The notes under the pieces are model-generated. The model was not told where the DNA came from, did not search any database, and saw only the letters and a program-made list of their open reading frames with translations. A DNA stretch of 64,000 bases, from the NCBI GenBank assembly GCA_028282925.1, contig JANQGV010000091.1, positions 4,748 through 68,747 of the forward strand, read 5' to 3'. Positions 30,001 through 38,000 of the stretch are shown here, piece after piece. A program made the position numbers and the translations under genes. Position 1 is the first letter of the stretch. Each line of letters begins with the position of its first letter. This DNA is from Thermodesulfobacteriota bacterium. GTDB taxonomy: Bacteria; Desulfobacterota; WTBG01; CAIYCZ01; CAIRTM01.

Positions 30001-31568
30001 ATAGCAGAATCATTGCCGTATAGGCCACCACCGATATAAGCCTTATTGCCTGAAAAAACAGAGTTGACCACCACCGGGGCAGATGAATAAGTACTCATAC
30101 CACCACCAAAGGTTACGGCCAGGTTACCCAGAAAGGCGCAGTTACTAATTTTGGGGAAAGAATTACTCGTATTTAAAATCCCGCCTGCCTGGTGAGCGCT
30201 ATTGTTATTAATGATACAATCGGTTATTTCTGGTGAGGACTTTGCATTTAAAATTCCGCCGGCACTTTCATCGGCCTTATTACCCGAAAAAATTGAGCCG
30301 GTTATAATAGTATCGGATTCTTTGTTGTATATTCCACCACCCTTTACAACAGCACTATTGCCGGAAAAAATCGTATTTCTTATTATAGGGGAAGAATATT
30401 GTATATTTAATGCGCCACCATATTCAGCAATGTTGTCAACAAAACTGCATTTAGTAATCGTTGGAGAGGAATAATGGATAAAAACCGCTCCACCATATTT
30501 GTCGGTATCATTTTCCGCAAAGGTACAATTGTCAAATACCGGAAAGCTTTCCTTTAAATAGATAGCTGCACCGGAACCTTTGGCATAATTATTTTCAAAA
30601 GTGCAGTTACTGATGAGCGCATTGCTCTTATTGAGATAAACAGCTCCACCATACAAATCGACACTGTTGCCCGAAAAAGTACAATTGATGATAGTGGGAT
30701 TGGAATTATAATTACATATGCCGGCGCCGTTCTCTACCGCTTGATTAATCAAAAAGGTACAATTGTCAAAACTGGAAAAAGAGTCACTGGTATTTAAAAT
30801 CCCGCCTGCCTGATGAGCGCTATTATTATAAAAAATACAGTCGTTTATTTCTGGCGAGGACTTTGCGTTTAAAATTCCACCGGCGCTGACATCGGCACTA
30901 TTACCTGAAAAAATTGAGCCGGATATAGTGGGATTCGATTCTTTGTTGCATATTCCACCACCCTTAACAGCAGCGCTGTTGCCTGAAAAAACAGTATTTC
31001 TTATGGAGGGAGAGGAGTTTCGATTATAAATTCCACTGCCATATTCAGCCGTATTGTCGATAAAATTGCATTTAGTGATAGTCGGAGAGGAGTAATGGTT
31101 AAAAATCCCTCCACCATATTTGGCAGTATCATTTTTCGTAAAGGTACAATTGTCAATTACCGGAAAGCTTTCCTTTAAATAGATAGCTGCACCGGAACCT
31201 TCAGCAAAATTATTATCAAAATAGCAGTCGCTGATGAGCGTATTACTATTATTGAGATAAACAGCTCCACCATATAAACCAACACTGTTGTCTGTAAAAG
31301 TGCAATTGATGATGACTGGAGAAGCATAAACGATAAAGGCCCCCCCACCATCTGCTTCCTCCAAACATCCATCATCGGCATTGCGAATAGTAAGCCCGTC
31401 TACGGTGGCATTGTCGGTTATGTACAGTAAATTATAGACCGAATACTGACCGTCCAGTACAGTTTCATACAGCCCCGCATCCCGGTCCTCCCACTCCGGG
31501 TAGTCAACATCTGCCGGAAATCCACCATAGATATGCACAACCTTATCGATTTCGACACTGCCCGACAA
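24096..31568 (-). CDS. Giant secreted/surface multidomain protein, paralog 2, main reading frame (2490 aa) with the same architecture as paralog 1. Its N-terminus is supplied by the frameshifted fragment at 31418-31789.
   Basis: Homologous to paralogs 1 and 3 along the whole length. It contains an internal tandem duplication of about 205 aa of Pmp-like repeats. C13 dyad LIDHGGPQ/VYDACSSGSF, then degenerate MIGKGD/VYDADFSGSF. Confidence 0.85.
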   Translation of the reverse strand: MSGSVEIDKVVHIYGGFPADVDYPEWEDRDAGLYETVLDGQYSVYNLLYITDNATVDGLTIRNADDGCLEEADGGGAFIVYASPVIINCTFTDNSVGLYGGAVYLNNSNTLISDCYFDNNFAEGSGAAIYLKESFPVIDNCTFTKNDTAKYGGGIFNHYSSPTITKCNFIDNTAEYGSGIYNRNSSPSIRNTVFSGNSAAVKGGGICNKESNPTISGSIFSGNSADVSAGGILNAKSSPEINDCIFYNNSAHQAGGILNTSDSFSSFDNCTFLINQAVENGAGICNYNSNPTIINCTFSGNSVDLYGGAVYLNKSNALISNCTFENNYAKGSGAAIYLKESFPVFDNCTFAENDTDKYGGAVFIHYSSPTITKCSFVDNIAEYGGALNIQYSSPIIRNTIFSGNSAVVKGGGIYNKESDTIITGSIFSGNKADESAGGILNAKSSPEITDCIINNNSAHQAGGILNTSNSFPKISNCAFLGNLAVTFGGGMSTYSSAPVVVNSVFSGNKAYIGGGLYGNDSAITMTNCTLSGNKAGYGGGIMSDNCTDDILSNCLMWGNALLGNASADNGPQLYSYSDYVPLSYCNIDQSGFGKPDGSADGNGNIRKEPLFIRNPDPGPDEEWGTADDDYGDLHLSASSPCIDAGNNAAAHLLSTDIEGDQRIMDGDDNGEALVDIGADEFTHDQTLSSVTLNLYESDSALLLPVIAESSSDPRLGDVSGGTGSASKPLTDGTADENSVLEEAEEQTVSESALHVAPVFQYTCRSIWPSLKNPWYFEHPSGAAVDPWGNLYVADTGRHCIQKFSSGGNFIAAWGSPGAGHGQFAYPTGIATDLYGNVYVADTDNHRIQKFDANGNFMLEIYEQITDTDTLSYPQGITIDQWGNIYVADTFNDRIVKFAPGGQLIASWGAYGDGTGEFDLPRGIASDRNGHIYVADRYNHRIQKFRDDGTFLMTWGSEGDGGSQLDSPLGIAVGANNAIYVTDSENHRLVKLSDDNSGFAPVSVKGSCGSDHDSLCTPSGIAVDAGGNVYVADVWNNRIQKFRDAGADFNYVYTLSNRGERGGEFISPESVTVDEQGYVYVADTENHRIQKLGIDGVFLFEWSRYDTRFVQGIATDTQGDVYAASADYNQVTKYTGDCKYRTYANKYIKDDVDKFFYEPYGVAFDCLDNIYVVDRGNHYVVKFTPGFNDTETVWGGHGIEAGRFRNPHGIAIDAEGNVYVADTNNHRVQKFTSNGIYLGQWGGYGSSEGELNAPRGITTDNESGRIVVYVADSGNHRLQKFTADGAFIQSLGSKGTNPGQFKDPGGVSIARDGRVYVADTGNNRIQVFSPLQMPNSKAIIVAGRTHPGDALWNATSMNAKFAYRALLYQGFTKETIYYLSPDTLWDQDNNGEFDDVDGEPTMENLYNALTEWARDADSLVVCLIDHGGPQTFRLNDKEVLEAGVFGQWLDVFTGPATIVYDACSSGSFLQALKKENRTVITSTDVNQRAKFLGRGIISFSNYFWNHIFNGTPVKQAMEKAGSAIVSTFGDQTPMSEPVNISDNLTIGYGTSISGLAPEIAELSPAIQSITSGTSATIRANGITDPDSGTLSGVWAVVLPPGFNEGSIDNPMVELPSFELQEADCSGYAGKCYEGTFKGFTIDGAYDVAVYAMDDQGNTSAPSMGTVTVNNLLTQKAIIVAGGEPGDLFVKHGAELAYRALKTQGYDDDAIEFLGPEGMRCNGSGSCVDESATLAVLESTLTADHSNTHDLVLYMIGKGDTESFHIKDSEILQASVLDQWLDQLQTTMNGMLTVVYDADFSGSFIPRLTPPENKKRIVITSTAADETVYYGTQGIISFSTFFWSQIYNGEKVYDAFTYAKKAAGCLNKSCRSQTPCLNDNGNAVANEYADGLLAMNYKIGIGWNFADDGPMIGSVFAETAENNQVSIRAGVTGTIEIRRIWAVITPADHCPGGSEFPVEMDLAYDNETETATGLFDAAGSQDYKITVYAQDNDNNTSRPFETKVYLSEGQGLCRVNSADGYEDDNNKDHARAILVNDRQAQEHNFCTATDEDWVKFYGREGEYYSIVTDDLGVNSLPVIELYNEQLNMQRSKVPEEGGAVYLDWLCPQDGIYYVRLWNYLLHEEDGQGNTTRYRLRIYNPYWPDFLVLMSGEVKDSTTQQPIDGAVITTDGGGAAISTGGRYEMYHYPGQWSLEVQAAGYQWCRKHLNVVTGSMVMQKDISMQPLGTYTSTTTSIDSSPSTPPATTTTTTVPIESTLTSTTTTTITVTPPPPVEIISSPRVTAFAGEQYSYTVEVRSGAVVTCALESAPAGMTIDKETGIITWTPGLDQLGNHRIIVCAVDNLGQRVSQEFTVRVTLSCVLTQVLNNNRQNLDLLRRYRDIRLYRSAAGRSLLYLYYANGPEIYGILAQQPSLMALVREIAGELLPELKKIVVYNEPGSLSRDARRKVRTVLKNIRHKASPGLKKSLALVLRRLEDAGFLREIGVEQGRLHR

Positions 31569-31789
31569 AGGATACCGCCCCTCTTTGACAAAATTACGTC
31601 ATCGTCCACAGCTGCATCGATAGCCTCTTGCAAACTTTTAAAGGCATCTGCCCAGGTAAGGCCGTAGTTGCCGAAGGAATCAATACCTCCGTCAACATAC
31701 CACGTGGCAGCATGAAGGTTTGATAAAGACAGTGCTACAAGCACCAAAAAAAACAATAATAGTCTTGTTTTTTTCACATTGCCCCTCAA
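31418..31789 (-). pseudogene. Frameshifted N-terminal fragment (signal peptide plus conserved N-domain) of giant paralog 2. A 1-nt deletion near 31589-31590 separates it from the main frame; this is either a pseudogene, phase variation or a sequencing error.
   Basis: The fragment reads MRGNVKKTRLLLFFLVLVALSLSNLHAATWYVDGGIDS...DDDVILSKRGG and then diverges. Restoring one C (GAC to GACC) gives DDDVILVKEGRYPLSGSVEIDKVVHIYGGFP, continuous with the main ORF and matching paralogs 1 and 3. Confidence 0.6.
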
Positions 31790-32031
31790 TGTGTTTTTTA
31801 GGCGGAAGAGGGAATATGTTGTAAAATGTGCCCCAATCCTGTTTGTGTAGTGGAATTAAAAAATGAGCGTGTGCCCTGAGAATCAGATTATAATATCAAT
31901 CAATCTGATTCATATTATAATAATAAAAAGCATATAAAAAAGCAATAATAATTACTTTTCTTTTTTATAATAAATATGAGATATTATTATCAAACTTTCA
32001 GCATATAAACAGATAAATACACACACATTTG

Positions 32032-35000
32032 TCATTTTCTGCCAGTATTTGAGTGTTTTATACCGATATCCTGTAAAAAACCAACGTCTTCAAGTCTGCG
32101 CAATACCAGGGCCAGACTTTTTTTCAGTCCAGGGGAGGCCTTCTGCCGGATATCTTTAAGCAGCCTGCGCGCTTTTCTGCGCGTGTCTTCCGGCAGGCCG
32201 ATCGGTTCATTCTTCTCAGCCCCCTTTTTAAGCTCCGGAAGCAGTTCCCTGACCGTTTTACGCACTGATGTCATAAGGCCGGGCTGTTTGGCAAGGATTG
32301 CATATATCTCAGGTCCGTTGGCATAGTAAAGGTACAAAAGCCCCCTGCCGGCTGCACTCCGGTACAACCTGCTGTCACGGTAGCTTCTCAGCAGGTCCAG
32401 GTCTTGCCTGTTATTGTTCAGCACCTGCGTAAGCACACAACTCAGTGTCACCCGCACCGTAAACTCCTGGCTCACCTTCCGGCCCAGGTCGTCTGTAACA
32501 CATACGACAACCCTGTGGTTGCCCAGTTGCTCCAGCGCAGGTGTCCAGGTTATGGTTCCTGTTGTTTTATCAATCACCATTCCTGCCGGTGCCGACTGCA
32601 GTTCACACGTTACCGCTGCACCGCCACTGACTTCTACGGTATAGGTATACTGTTCATCAACAAAGGCCATTGCCCGGGGGGTCGATACGATCTCAAGGGG
32701 CTCCGGGGGTGGTGCAACCGTGGTTGTTGTGGTCGCAAGATTGCCGTCATCAATGGTCGTTGTCGTCGATGAGGTTGTTTCCACGGGCACCGTTGTGGTT
32801 GTTGCTGGGGGCGATGAAGAAGAGGAATCAATACTGGTAGTGGTTGATGTATTCGTACTTAGCGGTAGCATGCTGATATCTTTCTGCATCACCATACTTC
32901 CTGTTCCTACAGTAATGTACTCACGGTACCACTGGTACCCGGAAGAACGGGCCTCCAGGGTCCACCGGCCCGGATACTGGTACAGCTCATAGCGCCCTTG
33001 CTCCGATATTGCAGCCCCACCTCCGTCGGTGGTAATCACGGCTCCGTCTATGGGCTGCCGCGTTGTACCGTCTTTTACCTCTCCGCTCATCAGCACCAGG
33101 AAATCCGGCCAGTAGGGGTTATAGACCCGCAGGCTGTAACCGGTTGTTACAGTATCCTGTCCATCTTCGTCATACAGCAGGTAATTCCACAGCCGTACAT
33201 AGTAAACACCATCCTCAGGGCACAGCCAGTCCAGGTACACCGCCCCGCCCTCTTCCGGCACCTTCGAGCGCTGCATATCAAGCTGTTCATTGTACAGCTC
33301 AATAACCGGCAGGCTGTTTTCTCCCAGGTTGTCCGTTACAATACTGTAGTATTCTCCTTCCAGGCCGTAGAACTTTACCCAGTCTTCATCACGGGCACTG
33401 CAAAAGCTGTGTTCCTGGGGTTCCCGTGCATTTACCACTATTACCCGGGCCTCTTCTTTGCTGTTGTCTTCTTCATAGGCATCTGCCGTACCTGCGCTGC
33501 ACAGCCCCCCCTGCCCAAGATACACCTTGGTTTCAAAGGGGCGGGAGGTGTTATTATCCGCATCCCGGGCATACACTGTTATTTTATAGTCTTGTGAAGA
33601 GGTGGGTTCAAAAAGGCCCGTGGCCGTTTCCGATGCAATATCGTAGAAAAGCTCGACTTCTTCCACTGCTTCATCCCCGCCCGGGCACGAGTCTATCGGC
33701 GTCACAACGGCCCACACCCTTTTAACCTCTCCTGTTCCGGTAACTCCTGCCTGTATTGATATACGGTTATTCTCTTCTGCTTCCGCAAACACTGAGCCCA
33801 CCATGGGGCCGTCATCGGCAAAGTTCCACCCGATGCCGATTTTGTAGTTCATGGCAAGCAGACCGTCGGCATATTCATTAGCTATGCCGTTACCGTTATC
33901 ATTGAGACTCGGTGTCTGGGGCCGGCAGCTCTTGTTCAGACAGTTCGAGGCCTTTTTGGCATAGCTAAAGGCATCATGCACCTTCTCCCCGTTATACACC
34001 CGGCTCCAGAAAAAGGTCGAAAAGGATATAAGCCCCCGGCTGCCGTAATACACAGGCTCATCTGCTGCGGTGCTGGTGATAACGATGCGTTTCTTGTTCT
34101 CCGGCGGGGTGAGAAGCGGAATGAAGCTGCCGGAATAGTCGGCGTCATAGATGACGGTAAGCACCCCATCCATATTCGCCTGCAATTCATCCAGCCAGCT
34201 ATCAAGCTCGGAAACTGAAAGAATTTCACTATCATTAATGTGGAACTCTAACGGCCCGCCCTGTCCAACCAGATACAGCACTAGATCATGGGTACTGTTT
34301 CGAGCGGCCTCCAGGGCTCCTCTCAGAGATGAAATGCTTGCAGAACCATCCGGCTCTAAAACCGTAATTACGCCATCTTTGTACCCCTGCGTTTTCAGAG
34401 CATGATAGGCAAGATCTACACCCTTTTCCACAAAACCATCCCCTCCCTTCGTTCCAGCAACAATGATTGCCTTCTGGGTCAACGGGCTTTCAACCTTTAC
34501 TTCCGATACCAACGGCACAGAGGTATTCCCCTGGTCATCCATGGCATACACTGCTAACTGATACTCTCCGTCTATGGTAAATTTATCAAAACTTCCTTCA
34601 TAGCACTTGCCGCTGTACCCGTCACAGTCAACTTCCTGCAATTCAAAAAACGGAAGTTCCACCATGGGGTTGTCGATTGAGTCTTCACTGAAGCCCGGCG
34701 GCAGCACAACAGCCCATACCCCGGACAGTGTAGCGCTGTCAGGGTCGGTAATTCTGTTGGCACGTATCGTTGCAGTAGTGCCGCTTGTGATTGTCTGGGT
34801 GTCAGGATATATCTCTGCTATCTCAGGGGCGCTGCCGGATATACTGGTGCCGTAACCGATGACAAGGTCAGCTGATATGTCTGAGGGCTCCGACAGTGGC
34901 GTCTGGTTGTGAAAAGTGCTTTCAACGGCTGTGCCGGCCTTTTCCATGGCTTCCCGTACCGGGACTCCGTTAAAAATATGGTTCCAGAAATAATTTGAAA

Positions 35001-38000
35001 AAGAGATAGCCCCGCCCCCCAGGAACTGTGCCCGCTGGTTGACATCAGTGCTGGTAATAAGGGTCCGGTTCGCTTTCTTCAAGGCCTGCAAAAAACTTCC
35101 TGATCTGCACGCATCATACACCACCGTTGTAGGACCACTGAAGCCGTCAAGCCACTGCGATAGCTCTCCTGCATGCAGCACCTCCTGTTTATTGAGGCGA
35201 AATATCTCCGGGCCGCCGTGGTCTATCAAGCACACCACCAGACTGTCTGCATCACCGGACCACTCGGTCAAGGCCGTATGCAGGCTCTCACGACTGGCAA
35301 TGCCGTCAACATCGTCGAACTCACCGTTATTGTCCTGATCCCACTGGATATCCGGCGATAAATAACAGATTGTATCCTTGGTAAAGCCCTGGTACAACAA
35401 AGCCCGGTAGGCAAACTTAGCGTTCATGCTGGTGGCATTCCACAAGGCATCCCCCTCGTGGCTGCGCCCGGCAACAATGACTGCCTTGCTGTTTGGAGTC
35501 TGCAAGTGGTTGAACACCTGGATTCGATCATTACCGGTATCGGCCACATATATCCGTCCGTCATTACCGATGCAAAGCCCTCCGGGATCATTAAACTGCC
35601 CCGGACTGGTGCCATAACTGCCAAATGACTGGATAAAATCCCCGGAGGCACTGAACTTCTGAATGCGGTGATTACCACTATCGGCTACATAAAGTACCAC
35701 GGTACCCGACTCATTATCGGTCGCTACACCGCGAGGGGCATTGAACTCTCCTGCGCTGCTTCCATTGACACCCCACTGACCAATATACTCCCCGGCAGAG
35801 CTAAACTTCTGGATACGATGATTGTCAGTATCTGCAACATACACTCTGCCTTCTACATCTACTGCTATGCCGTGGGGATTGCGAAAGTAGCCAGCACCGA
35901 TACCTTGGCCTCCCCATACTGTTTCAGTGTCATTAAAATTAGGGTTAAATTTCACTACATAGTTATTACCCCTATCGACAACATATATATTCCCCTGGTC
36001 ATCAAAAGCTATGCCATAGGGTTTATAAAAAAACTTATACACATCGTCTTTAATATATTTATTTACATACGCAAGAAAATTTCCGTCACCAGCATATTTG
36101 GTAACCTGATTAAAATCGGCACTCGCAGCATAAATATCGCCTTGCGTGTCAGCAGCAATTCCCTGAACAAACTTGGTATCATTTCTGGACCACTCGAATA
36201 AAAACGCTCCGTCTGCACCTAATTTCTGTATACGGTGGTTATCTGTATCGGCTACATAAACATAACCCTTTTCATCAACAGTAACGCTTTCCGGTGATAT
36301 AAACTCTCCGCCGCGTGCCCCTCGATTTGAAAGTGCAAAAACATAATCAAGTTCGACATCGACATCATGAAACTTCTGAATACGGTTATTCCACACATCT
36401 GCCACATAGACATACCCGTCGGCATCCACTGCTATACCGGCAGGGGTGCACAATGAATCCTGACCGGTACCACATGCCCCCATAACTGCAACAGACACAA
36501 AACCGGAACCGTCATCACGGAGCTTAACTATACGATGATTTTCACTGTCGGTGACATATATCTCGCTATCTAAACCAACTGCAATGCCAAGGGGAGAGTC
36601 AAGCTGCGAGCCCCCATCTCCCTCACTTCCCCACGCCATCAGAAACGTACCATCATCATGAAACATCTGGATACGGTGATTATAACGGTCGACCACATAG
36701 ATGTGTCCGTTTCTATCTGATGCGATACCCCGAGGCAAATCAAACTCACCACTGCCATTACCGTATGAACCCCACATGGCAATCAATTGACCATCGGGAT
36801 TAAACTTTACAATCCGGTCATTAAAGGTGTCTGCAACATAAATATCGCCCCCTTGGTCAACAGCAACTCCTTGAGGATAACTCAACGTGTCATTATCCGA
36901 TATCTGTTCACAGATCTCTAATATAAAATTACCATTGGGATCGAATTTTTGTATCCTGTGGTTATCGGTATCGGCCACATAAACATTCCCGTACAGGTCC
37001 GTTGCTATGCCGGTCGGATAGGAAAACTGTCCGTGTCCTGCCCCCGGGCCTCCCCAGGCCGCAATAAACTTTCCGCCGGGCGAAAACTTCTGAACACCGT
37101 GTTTGCCGGTATCGGCCACATACAGATTACCCCAAGGATCCACTGCCACACCGGCCGGATGCTCAAAATACCAAGGATTCTTCAATGATGGCCAAATACT
37201 CCTGCAGGTATAGTGAAATGCCAGGGGAACATTTAAAGCTGAATCCTCTCCGTTCTGCCCTTTAACTTCTGAAAGAACAATTATATCTCCACCAGTGCCA
37301 TCCGGCAAAGACTGACTGTCGCTACCGTTGCCCCCTGCCCCATCCTGCGGCATCCGGGTTGTATCATTTTCCGGATAAGTCGGGGACATACTAACAATGT
37401 CATCTTCAAGCAAATCCGTTGTCAATGATGAGAGCATTTGATCATGGATAAATTCATCCATTCCCATATCAACAACAGCCACACCGTCATCATCTCCGTC
37501 AACGATCCTTGGATCACCGTCAGGATCGGTCGACAAAAGATGCGCGACTTCATTACTGCCGGCATCGATACATGGCGAAAAAGAAGTCAGATGCAAATCT
37601 CCGTAGTCATCATCATCAGTGCCCCATTCTTCATCTGCGCCTGGATCAGGTGCGCGAACAAACAACGGATCTTTGCGGATATTACCTTTTCCATCCGCAC
37701 TGCCGTCCTGATTGCCAAACCCGCTTTGATCTATATTACAAAAACCCACTGAAGAATAATCAGTATAAGTGTAAATCTGAGGACCATTATCTACTGATGC
37801 ATTATTAGGGAGGACATTCCCCCACATGACACAATTCGAAATAACATCATCAGTACAGTTGTCAGTCATAATCCCACCACCATAACTTGCCCTATTACCA
37901 GACAGTGTGCAGTTGGCCATGTTGACTATAGTGTTATTGTTATATAAGCCGCCGCCTATATAAGCCTTATTGCCGGAAAAAAATGAATTGTTTATAAAAG

